Below, piece after piece: positions 8,861 through 18,484 of a stretch of DNA of 55,170 bases. Both the position numbers and the translations under genes were made by a program. Each line of letters begins with the position of its first letter. Within the stretch, counting starts at the first letter, position 1. Source of the stretch: Rhodospirillaceae bacterium. GTDB taxonomy: Bacteria > Pseudomonadota > Alphaproteobacteria > UBA7985. The stretch spans positions 1 through 55,170 of the forward strand of contig PAFB01000149.1 in assembly GCA_002700865.1 (NCBI GenBank). The letters are read 5' to 3'. The notes below the pieces were generated by a model. The model searched no databases, had not been told where the DNA came from, and saw nothing but the letters and a program-made list of their open reading frames with translations.

Positions 8861-9457
8861 TCAGGCGAAAAGCAGCGTCACCGCGGAGAGCACAGCGACC
8901 CCTGCCAACGCCGCCGCCATCCCGAGGTTAATCAACCGCTGAAGACGCTGGGACAGGTCAAGAGCGTGAAGCCGAACGCCGGCCCAGAGCCAAAGGAAGT
9001 GTAACGGAAACCAAACCAAGTTGGCGATCACCAGCTTGGCCCCGATCTCAAACCAAAGGGCTTCAGGCGCAAAGCTGAAGCCAGTGAAGAGTGCGGTATT
9101 GACCGCGTAGGCCTTAGGGTTGAGCACCTGGAGCACGACTGCGCTTAGAACGCCGGGCGGGTGCCGCGCTTCTATAAAAGCGATGCGCGAGCCAGCGAAG
9201 GCGATCCGTACAGCGAGATAGAACAAGAAGGCCGTCGACCCTGCCAGCAGTGCAAGCCGCAGCCCCGGCGCCGACAGCAGCACGGCGGCCAGGCCACTCA
9301 TCACTGCCAGCATGACGATGTTGGCCCCCAGCATGATCCCAAGCACAAACACCACCGAGCGCCGGAAACCGTAGGACGCGCCAAAGCCCGCCACCGTCAG
9401 GACGGCCGGTCCAGGGGTGAGGACGAGGAAAAATGCGGCGAGGCCGAAGCTAATCAT
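8861..9457 (-). CDS. LysE/RhtB family translocator
   Basis: MISFGLAAFFLVLTPGP, LQVLNPKAY and several TM segments. Confidence 0.9.
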   Translation of the reverse strand: MISFGLAAFFLVLTPGPAVLTVAGFGASYGFRRSVVFVLGIMLGANIVMLAVMSGLAAVLLSAPGLRLALLAGSTAFLFYLAVRIAFAGSRIAFIEARHPPGVLSAVVLQVLNPKAYAVNTALFTGFSFAPEALWFEIGAKLVIANLVWFPLHFLWLWAGVRLHALDLSQRLQRLINLGMAAALAGVAVLSAVTLLFA

Positions 9458-9599
9458 AATGCCATTTGCTGCGCCTTTGCCGCGCACAGCAAGCGCAAAG
9501 TCACCGCAGCCGCGCCAGGGTGACAGGCACCCTTGCGGGACTTTTGGGACAAACGGCCTAAATCACCGATCTATTAAGCTTTTTTCCGGAGACTGCGCC

Positions 9600-10907
9600 A
9601 TGCAGGAGCATCCGCGCCGCCGCGACTTGATCGACGAACTCCACGCGCGCCCCTTTGCCGAGGTCAGCGCCCCCTGTGACGTGGTTTTTCTCGCCTGCAA
9701 GCACCCGGAGAATGCGGTCGGGCGCGACCGGGCTGCGGAACGCGACCGGCTCATCGATCGGCTGAGCACCGCCGGGCTCGACGCCGAGAAGGTCGGCACC
9801 AACCACTTCCTCGACCGCGTAGCGGCCTGCGACCGGCTGAAATGGGAGCAGCATTCGGAGTTCACCAGCCTCGCGCTGTTCCGCGAGGACACAGCGGCTG
9901 AGGCCTTCGACTTTGATGACTCCCGCGCCACCCTCGAAGGCTGGGCACAGAGCCTGACTTCCCCGGCGCTGGTGCAGGTTTCCATCCGCGTCGAACCCGT
10001 CCCCGAAGACCCGGCAACCATGGCGACGCGCCTGTCCCAGTGGTTCAACCCAAAAAGCCTCGCCGCCGCCCGCATACTCGACGGCAGTGGCGTGCTTGCC
10101 GGGGATTTCCAACTCGACGAGCATGGCCACATGCGCTTCGCCCTGTTCGTTGCGACCGACACCAGCCCGGCCCGCGTCGGGCAGGTGGTGCAGTCGGTGC
10201 TGGAGATCGAGACCTACCGCGCCATGGCCATGCTCGGCCTGCACCGAGCGCGCAAGTTGGCCAAGGCATTGACCGACTTCGACCAGCGGCTCGAAGACAT
10301 CGTGCTGACCATGGCCAAGGCCGACGCGAACGCCGAAGGTCTGCTGTTCAACCTTCTCGACATCTCGTCGACGCTGGAGGAGCAGGCGGCGCTGATGACT
10401 TTCCGCTTCGGCGCGACTGAGGCCTACAACGCCATCGTCCACGACCGGATCGAGCTGCTGCGAGAGCAGCGGTTCGAGGGGCTACAGACCTTCCACGAGT
10501 TCATGATGCGCCGCTTTGACCCGGCGATCCGGACCGTCAGCTCGACTCAGGACCGGCTCAACAGCCAGCTCGACCGAACGACCCGGACGGCCGAGCTGCT
10601 GCGCACCCGTGTCGACGTCTCGCGCTCAGCGCAGAACCAGTCGCTGCTGACCAGCATGGACCGGCGCACGGGGCTGCAGCTGCGGCTGCAGCGCACGGTC
10701 GAGGGCCTATCGGTGATCGCGATCAGCTACTACGCCGTTAACCTGCTCTCCGGGCTGCTGTATCCGCTGGCCGACGCCGCCGGCTTCTCCAAAGCGGAAC
10801 TGACCGCCGGGCTGGTGCTGCCGGTTGTCGGCGTGGTGGCGCTGCTGATCCGACAGGTACGGCTCGGCGCGCGACGCCGAGACGACAATAGCCCGGGACA
10901 GGACTAA
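9600..10907 (+). CDS. DUF3422 family membrane-anchored protein
   Basis: HPRRRDLIDELHARPF, KWEQHSEF, LEIETYRAMAMLG, RRFDPAIRT and LRLQRTVEGLSVIAISYY. A ggag RBS precedes ATG 9600. Confidence 0.88.
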   Translation: MQEHPRRRDLIDELHARPFAEVSAPCDVVFLACKHPENAVGRDRAAERDRLIDRLSTAGLDAEKVGTNHFLDRVAACDRLKWEQHSEFTSLALFREDTAAEAFDFDDSRATLEGWAQSLTSPALVQVSIRVEPVPEDPATMATRLSQWFNPKSLAAARILDGSGVLAGDFQLDEHGHMRFALFVATDTSPARVGQVVQSVLEIETYRAMAMLGLHRARKLAKALTDFDQRLEDIVLTMAKADANAEGLLFNLLDISSTLEEQAALMTFRFGATEAYNAIVHDRIELLREQRFEGLQTFHEFMMRRFDPAIRTVSSTQDRLNSQLDRTTRTAELLRTRVDVSRSAQNQSLLTSMDRRTGLQLRLQRTVEGLSVIAISYYAVNLLSGLLYPLADAAGFSKAELTAGLVLPVVGVVALLIRQVRLGARRRDDNSPGQD

Positions 10908-10940
10908 GCTTGACGCCGCCGCCGCGCGCGGGGAGGGTGA

Positions 10941-12521
10941 TTGAGCAACCACAGCGCCGGATCCGCCATGCTCGACCAGAATCTCTACACCTGCTTCCGA
11001 GACAGGCGCCCCACTGACCCGTCTGCCCTGTTCCTGCGCGCGGATCGGGGTAGCCTTGCCTACGGCGACCTAGATGGGGAAACCGGGCAATACGCCGCCG
11101 CGCTGGCCGCCTGCGGGGTCTCACCCGGTGATCGGGTGGTTGTCCAGGTCGGTAAATCGATGGAATTCGTGCTGCTCTACCTCGCCTGTCTGCGCGTTGG
11201 TGCGGTGTTCGTTCCACTCAACCCGGCCTACACTCCGACTGAATTGGCTTACTTCCTCGATGATGCCAAACCGCAAGTGCTGGTCTGCGACCCTGACGCG
11301 GACGCCACCCATGACCTCGCCGCATTGGCAGGGGAGGCTGGCATTGGCCATTGCCTGACGCTGGGCATGGATGGAAGCGGTAGCCTGCCCGAAGCCGCAG
11401 CGGCCTTGCCACCTTCCGACGACATCATTCACCGCGAACGCGATGACCTCGCAGCGATCCTTTACACCTCGGGCACCACAGGGCGATCAAAGGGTGCGAT
11501 GATCACCCACGGCAACCTGATCTCGAACGGGCTTGTGCTGCACGAATACTGGGGTTGGGTGCCGGGAGACGTATTGCTCCACGCCCTGCCCGTATTTCAT
11601 GTCCACGGCCTCTTCGTTGCGCTGCACTGCGCCCTGCTCAACGGCTCGGAAGTCATCTTTCTCGACGCCTTCGACCCCGCGCGACTGGTGGCCGAGTTGC
11701 CCGGAGCCAGCGTGCTCATGGGTGTTCCAACCTTCTATGTCCGACTGTTGAACACGCCCGGATTCGACCGCAGCGTTAGCGACGGCGTGCGGGTGTTCAT
11801 CTCCGGCTCCGCGCCACTGCTGCCCGAGACCTTCGACCAGTTCGAAGCCCTGACCGGACAGCCGATCCTCGAACGCTACGGCATGACCGAGGCGGGGATG
11901 ATCACCTCCAACCCCTATGACGACGGGGAACGCATTGCCGGCACAGTGGGCTACGCCCTGCCCGGTATCCATGCCCGGGTCACTGACCGCGACGGCGCGA
12001 CGCTGCCAGCAGGAGAAATCGGTATTTTAGAAATCGCTGGCCCAAACGTCTTCGCTGGCTACTGGAATATGCCCGAGAAGACGGCAGAAGAATTCCGCAC
12101 CGATGGCCACTTCATCACCGGCGATATGGCAACCATGGCCGAAGACGGACGCATCACCATCGTCGGCCGCGCCAAGGACTTGATCATCAGCGGCGGCTTC
12201 AACGTCTACCCCAAAGAGGTGGAGGAGCAATTAGACCAAATACCGGGAGTGCGGGAGAGCTGCGTCATTGGCCTGCCCCACCCGGACCTCGGCGAGGCCG
12301 TCATAGCGGTGATCGTGCCGGAAGCAGGTGGTGAAGCGGTCGGTGCCTCGGGCGCGGGCGCGGGGGCGATATCCTCGGAAAGCGTCGCCACCTTCCTTGC
12401 CGACCGGTTGGCACGGTTCAAGCAACCCCGGCAAGTGGTTCTGGTCGACGCCCTGCCCCGCAACGCGATGGGCAAGGTGAAGAAAAAAGCGCTGCGGGAA
12501 GACTATGCAGGCTTGTTCTAA
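10941..12521 (+). CDS. matB: Malonyl-CoA synthetase-type acyl-CoA ligase
   Basis: YTSGTTGRSKG AMP-binding loop, LLHALPVFHVHGL, ILERYGMTE (MatB-type), GPNVFAGYWNMPEKT and LPRNAMGKV. Confidence 0.82.
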   Translation: MSNHSAGSAMLDQNLYTCFRDRRPTDPSALFLRADRGSLAYGDLDGETGQYAAALAACGVSPGDRVVVQVGKSMEFVLLYLACLRVGAVFVPLNPAYTPTELAYFLDDAKPQVLVCDPDADATHDLAALAGEAGIGHCLTLGMDGSGSLPEAAAALPPSDDIIHRERDDLAAILYTSGTTGRSKGAMITHGNLISNGLVLHEYWGWVPGDVLLHALPVFHVHGLFVALHCALLNGSEVIFLDAFDPARLVAELPGASVLMGVPTFYVRLLNTPGFDRSVSDGVRVFISGSAPLLPETFDQFEALTGQPILERYGMTEAGMITSNPYDDGERIAGTVGYALPGIHARVTDRDGATLPAGEIGILEIAGPNVFAGYWNMPEKTAEEFRTDGHFITGDMATMAEDGRITIVGRAKDLIISGGFNVYPKEVEEQLDQIPGVRESCVIGLPHPDLGEAVIAVIVPEAGGEAVGASGAGAGAISSESVATFLADRLARFKQPRQVVLVDALPRNAMGKVKKKALREDYAGLF

Positions 12522-12656
12522 TCGTCGGCACAATAGCGGCCTTGCCCGTCATGGTGAAAAACCTGACCTGTCTGCGCTTGCTTTCGCATTCAATCCGGAT
12601 ATTTGGCAGGGGAGGTTTGAAGACCCCCTTCCCCCCCGATCGCAGGAACCCCTTTC

Positions 12657-13844
12657 ATGACCGACACCGCTGCCCGCGCGGGCATGCCTTCTGGCACCGT
12701 TACCAAGGACTTTGGCTTTGGCACCCAGATCCGCAAATCACCCTACTTCGACGCGACCGTGCGCTGGGGCGCAACAGGGTTCTCCGTCTATAATCACATG
12801 TACATTCCGCGTGATTTTGGTGATCCGGAGCAGAATTTCTGGAACCTGATAAACGACGCCATCCTCTGCGACGTAGCGGTCGAGCGGCAGGTAGAGATCA
12901 GCGGCCCAGACGCCGCCGCCTTTGTCCAGCGGCTGACCCCGCGTGATCTATCCAAACTTGCTGTGGGCCAGTGCAAGTACGTGCTGATTACCAACGCCGC
13001 GGGCTGCCTGATCAACGACCCCGTGCTGCTACGTCTGGCGGAGGACCGATTCTGGCTGTCACTGGCCGACAGCGACGTGCTGCTGTGGGCGCAGGGGGTG
13101 GCAGTGAACAGCGGCCTCGACGTCCATATCCACGAGCCCGACGTCTCCCCCCTGCAACTTCAGGGACCGAAGTCGGGAGAGATTATGGCTGCGTTGTTTG
13201 GTGATGACATCCGCGACCTGCGCTACTACTGGCTGCGCGAATTGGAGCTTCACGGCATTCCGGTCGTCGTTTCCCGCACCGGTTGGTCGAGCGAGCTGGG
13301 TTACGAAATCTATCTTCAGGACAGCGCGCAGGGGGACGCCCTGTGGGAAGCGATCATGGCCGCGGGCCAGCCCTTCGGCCTGCAGCCCGGGCACACGTCG
13401 TCCATCCGGCGGATCGAAGGCGGAATGCTGTCCTACCAGGCCGACGCCGATATCACGGTCAACCCCTTCGAGCTGGGACTGGACCGGCTGGTTGAACTCG
13501 ACGGTGGCCATGACTTCATCGGTCGTGAGGCGTTGTTGAAAATCCGTGACGCCGGGGTTGATCGCGTGCAGGTGGGGCTCCGTCTCGACGCCGAACCCCT
13601 GACCGGACCGAACACAACATTCTGGACTGTCACCGCGACCACGGGCGGGACCGTGGGGCGGGTTACGTCGGCTGTGTATTCCCCGCGGTTGGAGCAAAAC
13701 ATCGCACTGGCCTTCGTTAGCACCGATCACGCCGGTTTGGGCACTAAACTGCGGGTCCAGCGCGCGCAGGGCGACTGCCCCGCCGAGGTGGTCGAACGAC
13801 CCTTCTTTGATCCGCGTAAGGCCAAGGCCAAGGGCGATAACTAG
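12657..13844 (+). CDS. GcvT-family aminomethyltransferase, DmdA-related
   Basis: IRKSPYF...FSVYNHMYIP, CDVAVERQVEISGPDA, INDPVLLRL, LQGPKS, SRTGWSSELGYEIY and RIEGGMLSY. Confidence 0.85.
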   Translation: MTDTAARAGMPSGTVTKDFGFGTQIRKSPYFDATVRWGATGFSVYNHMYIPRDFGDPEQNFWNLINDAILCDVAVERQVEISGPDAAAFVQRLTPRDLSKLAVGQCKYVLITNAAGCLINDPVLLRLAEDRFWLSLADSDVLLWAQGVAVNSGLDVHIHEPDVSPLQLQGPKSGEIMAALFGDDIRDLRYYWLRELELHGIPVVVSRTGWSSELGYEIYLQDSAQGDALWEAIMAAGQPFGLQPGHTSSIRRIEGGMLSYQADADITVNPFELGLDRLVELDGGHDFIGREALLKIRDAGVDRVQVGLRLDAEPLTGPNTTFWTVTATTGGTVGRVTSAVYSPRLEQNIALAFVSTDHAGLGTKLRVQRAQGDCPAEVVERPFFDPRKAKAKGDN

Positions 13845-14104
13845 GACGGCAGCGACGGCGGGCATGTCGAACAGAGCCCGGCCGTTCAACGCATGAACAA
13901 GCGCGGTCAGACCATCGGCTGATGGCTGCTTCGTGGGTGCGGTGGTGATCGCCGCCGGAATCGCTGCAATCGAACTGTACGGACACGTATGACCCTGGGC
14001 GAAGTTGTAGCCTTGGGCGGCGGCGTGACAGCGGAGGTGGAGCAGGGCTATTCTGCTGGCGGTCGCGCCCGGTAGAGGCGCGCTGGAACAGGGAACCCCG
14101 AAGC

Positions 14105-15928
14105 ATGACCACCTTCACCTCAGGGACCGCGGCTGCACCCTTCTCGACTTGGGCCGAAAGCGCTTCTCGCCTCGTCTCCGTCGCCGCCGGACGCCAACCT
14201 GCAGACTGCGTTATCCGTGGTGGCAAGGTGGTCAACGTGCAGAGCCGCGAAGTGCTCGACGGCTGGGAGGTTGCGGTTGCCGCTGGCCGCTTCGCCTACG
14301 TTGGCCTAGACGCGGCGCACACCATCGGTGCTGAGACAGAGGTGATCGACGCCGACGGACGCTATATCATCCCAGGTTTTTGTGACGGGCACATGCATAT
14401 TGAAAGCGGCATGTTGACCCCGGCGGAGTTCTGCGCAGCCGTCATGCCGCACGGAACCACGACCATTTTTACTGACCCGCATGAGATTGCCAACGTTCTG
14501 GGACTGGAAGGCGTGAGGATGATGCACGACGAAGCCTTGATGCAGCCCATGAACGTTTTTACTCAGATGCCGTCCTGCGCGCCCTCAGCCCCGGGGCTAG
14601 AGACGACGGGATTTGAAATCAGCCCAGCCGACGTAGTCGAGGCCATGGCCTGGCCTGGAATCATCGGGTTGGGGGAGATGATGAACTTCCCCGGCGTTAT
14701 CAACGGCGATCCGAAAATGCTCGCGGAAATAGCTGAAACTATGCGCGCGGGTAAGACCGTCGGCGGGCACTACGCCTCGCCAGATTTGGGAACGGCCTTC
14801 CACGCCTATGTCGCTGGTGGCCCGGCCGACGATCACGAAGGTACGGCAGAGGCCGACGCGATTGCTCGTGTGCGGCAAGGGATGCGCGCCATGCTGCGGC
14901 TTGGTTCGGCTTGGTACGATGTCGAAAGTCAGATCACGGCGATCACGGAAAAGGGTCTGGACCCGCGCAATTTCATCCTGTGCACCGACGACTGCCATTC
15001 AGGCACACTGGTCAACGACGGCCATATGAACCGGGTGGTGCGTCATGCGATCGACTGCGGTTGCGACCCGCTGGTGGCGCTCCAAATGGCAACGATCAAC
15101 ACCGCCGGCCATTTCGGGCTAGAGCGAGAACTAGGCAGCATTGCACCCGGCCGCCGTGCCGATATGATCCTGAGCAGCGACTTGTACAGCCTGCCCATCG
15201 AGACCGTTTTTGCCCGCGGCGTCCGGGTCGCTACAGATGGCCAGCGGCTCGTCGACTGTCCTCACTACGATTGGCCGCAAAGCGCACGCGAGACTGTGCG
15301 ACTGGGCAAAACCCTGCAAGCAAAAGACTTCAGCATTGCCGCGCCCGCAGGTGCCAATGCTGTTCGCGCCCGGGTAATTGGCGTTGTGGAAAATCAAGCA
15401 CCGACACGAGCGCTGAGCTTCGAACTGCCCGTCACAGAGGGTCGGGTGCAGGCAACCGGCGAGGTCTGCCAGATCGCACTGGTCGAGCGCCACCGCGCCA
15501 CTGGCGGGCTCACCAACGGCTTTGTCTCCGGCTTCGGCTATCAGGGCTCCATGGCCATTGCGTCGACCGTCGCCCACGACAGCCACCATATGATTGTTGT
15601 CGGCACTGACCGGGACATGATGGCGGCGGCGGCGAACCGGCTGGGTGAGGTCGGCGGCGGGGTCACGGTGTGGAAAGACGGCGCCGAAATCGCGCTGGTC
15701 GAGCTGCCCATCGCGGGGCTGATGTCCGACCGGCCTGCGCACGAGGTTGCTGAAAAGGCGCAGGCTATGGTCGACGCTATGGCGGCCTGTGGTTGCAGCC
15801 TCAACAACGCCTTCATGCAGCACTCTTTGCTGGCGTTGGTTGTGATTCCGGAGCTGAGAATTTCAGATTTGGGACTGGTGGACGTGACTCGTTTCGAGAT
15901 CACCGATGTGCTCGAAGAAAACAGCTGA
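14105..15928 (+). CDS. ade: Adenine deaminase
   Basis: PGFCDGHMHIES, DPHEIANVLG, GLGEMMNFPGV, DHE, LCTDD, ASTVAHDSHH and LPIAGLMS; 607 aa. Confidence 0.95.
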   Translation: MTTFTSGTAAAPFSTWAESASRLVSVAAGRQPADCVIRGGKVVNVQSREVLDGWEVAVAAGRFAYVGLDAAHTIGAETEVIDADGRYIIPGFCDGHMHIESGMLTPAEFCAAVMPHGTTTIFTDPHEIANVLGLEGVRMMHDEALMQPMNVFTQMPSCAPSAPGLETTGFEISPADVVEAMAWPGIIGLGEMMNFPGVINGDPKMLAEIAETMRAGKTVGGHYASPDLGTAFHAYVAGGPADDHEGTAEADAIARVRQGMRAMLRLGSAWYDVESQITAITEKGLDPRNFILCTDDCHSGTLVNDGHMNRVVRHAIDCGCDPLVALQMATINTAGHFGLERELGSIAPGRRADMILSSDLYSLPIETVFARGVRVATDGQRLVDCPHYDWPQSARETVRLGKTLQAKDFSIAAPAGANAVRARVIGVVENQAPTRALSFELPVTEGRVQATGEVCQIALVERHRATGGLTNGFVSGFGYQGSMAIASTVAHDSHHMIVVGTDRDMMAAAANRLGEVGGGVTVWKDGAEIALVELPIAGLMSDRPAHEVAEKAQAMVDAMAACGCSLNNAFMQHSLLALVVIPELRISDLGLVDVTRFEITDVLEENS

Positions 15929-16005
15929 CCTCACCCGGAGACCCCAGAGACCACGAGAACGACGAAAGCCTCCTCAGGGAGACGGTTTGTGGGTCGTCTA
16001 CAAGC

Positions 16006-16695
16006 TCAGTTTTTGGTTTCAGCGCTCGTGGGTTCCTTGAGCATCTCAAACAGTTCCGCCATTGCGTCCTTTCCGATGTAGCCGGCGAAGGGGAGGCCTT
16101 GTACAATGAAACCGGGCGTGGATCGAATGCCGCCAGCGAGTGCACGCTGCAAATTGTGACGGATGTGCAGACCGATTTCAGGGCGCTGCATGTCGATAAG
16201 AATCTGATCTGGGTCGCCCCCCAGTGACGCGACAATGGACAGTGCAGCCTCGGGCGACGGCACCGTTCGCGCGGTCATCATCGCCTTATGAACCTCCAGA
16301 TATAAACCCTGATACGATGCTGCGAGGGCGATCTGCGCCAGCGGCAGCGACTGCGGCGTCAGGATAGGCAGTTCGCGGATCACCAATCGGATGTCTGTGT
16401 CTTCGGCAGCGAGCGCGTCGACTTCGGGGCTCGATACCTTGCAGAAGGTACAGTAATAATCGAGGAATTCCTCGACCACGATCGCGCCATCAGGGTTCCG
16501 GGCGACAAAGCCATCAGGCAGCGCGTACAGCGCGTCCCCCTGGGCTTCTGCCTGCTCCGTGACTATAGACGTTGGCGACGCATCTAACGCCTGAGTCTCG
16601 GCCAATGCCAGGCCAGCGAAGATCAACGACATCAGCGCCATGAGCACAGTACGAAGGCCGGGCAGGAGCAGGAGAAAGTGCAAGCAGTTCATCAT
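16006..16695 (-). CDS. DsbA-family (Com1/ScsC-like) thiol:disulfide oxidoreductase
   Basis: EFLDYYCTFCK (CxxC), RELPIL, GIRSTPGF and an N-terminal signal/TM segment. Start placed at MMN; the upstream part of the 305-aa ORF looks spurious. Confidence 0.85.
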   Translation of the reverse strand: MMNCLHFLLLLPGLRTVLMALMSLIFAGLALAETQALDASPTSIVTEQAEAQGDALYALPDGFVARNPDGAIVVEEFLDYYCTFCKVSSPEVDALAAEDTDIRLVIRELPILTPQSLPLAQIALAASYQGLYLEVHKAMMTARTVPSPEAALSIVASLGGDPDQILIDMQRPEIGLHIRHNLQRALAGGIRSTPGFIVQGLPFAGYIGKDAMAELFEMLKEPTSAETKN

Positions 16696-16837
16696 GAATT
16701 GCTTATGCCGCCGCTTCACACGGTGAGGCAAGGCTGCACCTTGCTCAGACACGAGGTCTTGATCGGCGCCCTGCGGGCAGGGTGAGCCTCTGCGGAGGCT
16801 GTTGTGTAGGCGCTGAGCTCCTCGGCGAAGACCTCTT

Positions 16838-16969
16838 TGGCACGTTCCCCAGCGCTGCGGGTGCAAGCAATCCACCTTGTGCCGCCAAAACACCATAGCC
16901 GCCCATGGAATATCCGATGACACCCACCCGCTCCGTTGCGGTCCGGCTCAGCACCGGATGCGTCTGAAA
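16838..16969 (-). pseudogene. Fragment of an alpha/beta-hydrolase gene
   Basis: ERVGVIGYSMGGYGVLAA is a nucleophile-elbow GxSxGG motif inside a short ORF that lacks the rest of the fold. Confidence 0.6.
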
Positions 16970-17036
16970 CCTCGCGTGCTCTTTGGGAATTAGTGTATAG
17001 TGCCTTTTGATGTTTGCATGAGTGTGGAGCCGCATT

Positions 17037-17627
17037 GTGAAAATCACCGCTTACCTATCGATTGGCAGCACCTACACATTTCTTACCGCGCTTCGACTGC
17101 GGGACGTGATCGATCGCGAAGGTATCACGGTGGAATTCCGCCCGTTCAGTGTCAGGGCCATCATGCGAGAGATGAACAACATTCCATTTCCGCCGGAAAA
17201 GGAGGCGAAGGTCCGCTACATGTGGCGGGATATCGAACGCCGGGCTGCGGGCTACGGCTTGCCATCGCCGAAGGTGCCCGCCCCCTACCCGCTGCAGGAC
17301 TTTGACCGCGCCAACCACGTTGGCATTATCGCCGAGCAACAGGGCTGGTACATCGACTATTTCGAAGCCACGTATCGCGCCTGGTTCCTCGACGGGTTAG
17401 AGGCCGGTAGCGATGCAAACATCCATCAGGTCTGCCAGGGTCTTGGCCGATCGTTTGACGACGTGACAGCCGCCGCCCTCACGCCGGAAGCCGAGGCTGG
17501 CTACCGCGCGAATACCGAAGCAGCCAAGGCCGCTGGCGTTTTTGGTGCGCCCTCGTTCGTGGTTGGTGACGAGCTGTTCTGGGGGGATGATCGGCTAGAG
17601 GATGCCATTGCCTTTTCCCGGCGTTGA
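17037..17627 (+). CDS. 2-hydroxychromene-2-carboxylate isomerase / GST-kappa (DsbA-like) family protein
   Basis: YLSIGSTYTFL, YMWRDIERRA and GVFGAPSFVVGDELFWGDDRLE. GTG start with ggag RBS. Confidence 0.9.
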   Translation: MKITAYLSIGSTYTFLTALRLRDVIDREGITVEFRPFSVRAIMREMNNIPFPPEKEAKVRYMWRDIERRAAGYGLPSPKVPAPYPLQDFDRANHVGIIAEQQGWYIDYFEATYRAWFLDGLEAGSDANIHQVCQGLGRSFDDVTAAALTPEAEAGYRANTEAAKAAGVFGAPSFVVGDELFWGDDRLEDAIAFSRR

Positions 17628-17689
17628 GGGCTCCACCGATGTTCTGAAAGCATTGGAACCACAGCCACTGGCATGTCATACCCGGGGTC

Positions 17690-18382
17690 ATGAGCTACGC
17701 CGTGACCCCACCCCCAATTTCCGCCCTGCCAATTCTCGGCAGCAACCAGCTCTTTCCAATCCATCGCGCCTTTTGCGTGGGACGCAACTACGCTGCGCAC
17801 GCGGCCGAAATGGGCAACGTCGTTGATCGGGAAGCACCCTTCTATTTCCTCAAATCGCCCCAGCACGTGGCCTTTGCAAACGGTAAAGATCCCGTGCCGG
17901 TGCCCCCACGCACTGACAATTATCATCACGAGATCGAGCTGGTTGCTGCTCTGGCAAAGGGCGGAAGCGGGATCAGCATCGATACGGCGCTTGACCATAT
18001 CTTTGGTTACGCCGTCGGGCTGGACATGACCCGACGCGACTTGCAGCAGGACAGCAAAGACAAGCGCCGCAGTTGGGACACGGGCAAAGACTTCGAATTC
18101 AGCGGCCTGTGTTCGGCACTGTGCCAGCCCGGCGCGGGTGCTCGGCCAGATCAGGGCGCCATCAGCCTGCACGTAAACGGCGACCTGCGGCAGAGCGGCA
18201 ACCTTGCCGACCAGGTCTGGTCGTTAGCGGAAATCATTGCTGACCTTTCCACGCTCTACACGCTAATGCCCGGGGATCTGATCTTCACCGGCACCCCCGC
18301 TGGTGTGGGGCCAGTTGTTGCGGGCGACGCACTCGTCGGGACCATTGAAGGGATCGGGACGCTCGAAGTACGCCTTATCTAA
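17690..18382 (+). CDS. Fumarylacetoacetate hydrolase family protein
   Basis: CVGRNYAAHA, HHEIELV, GLDMTRRDLQ, GKDF and PGDLIFTGTPAGVG. Confidence 0.93.
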   Translation: MSYAVTPPPISALPILGSNQLFPIHRAFCVGRNYAAHAAEMGNVVDREAPFYFLKSPQHVAFANGKDPVPVPPRTDNYHHEIELVAALAKGGSGISIDTALDHIFGYAVGLDMTRRDLQQDSKDKRRSWDTGKDFEFSGLCSALCQPGAGARPDQGAISLHVNGDLRQSGNLADQVWSLAEIIADLSTLYTLMPGDLIFTGTPAGVGPVVAGDALVGTIEGIGTLEVRLI

Positions 18383-18484
18383 CCACCGTCCAAAATACCA
18401 GAATGCGGTTGAGATGATCGCGGGAAGTGACTAAGCCCAAGGCTCGACGCGAAAAATGATACTTAATTCGAAAAGTCCGGATCC

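Noticed and set aside
9417..9599. N-terminal extensions of ORF-track calls (DUF3422 from 9417; also DsbA to 16923 and LLM to 26052)
   Set aside because: They overlap other genes, relics or promoters. Family-like sequence begins at downstream starts, which have RBSs for DUF3422 and the LLM gene.
12600..12650. G-rich/C-rich hairpin upstream of the GcvT-like gene as a glycine or other riboswitch
   Set aside because: It is too short and lacks recognisable aptamer consensus. It may be a simple terminator or leader hairpin.
12657..13844. Naming this gene dmdA
   Set aside because: It is clearly GcvT/DmdA family, but the N-terminus differs from canonical DmdA as I recall it. A phylogeny is needed.
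9558..15823. Long antisense or alternate-frame ORFs (e.g. 9558..10442, 13059..13889, 14911..15609, 15131..15823)
   Set aside because: They are shadow ORFs of well-supported genes in GC-rich DNA and have no motifs.
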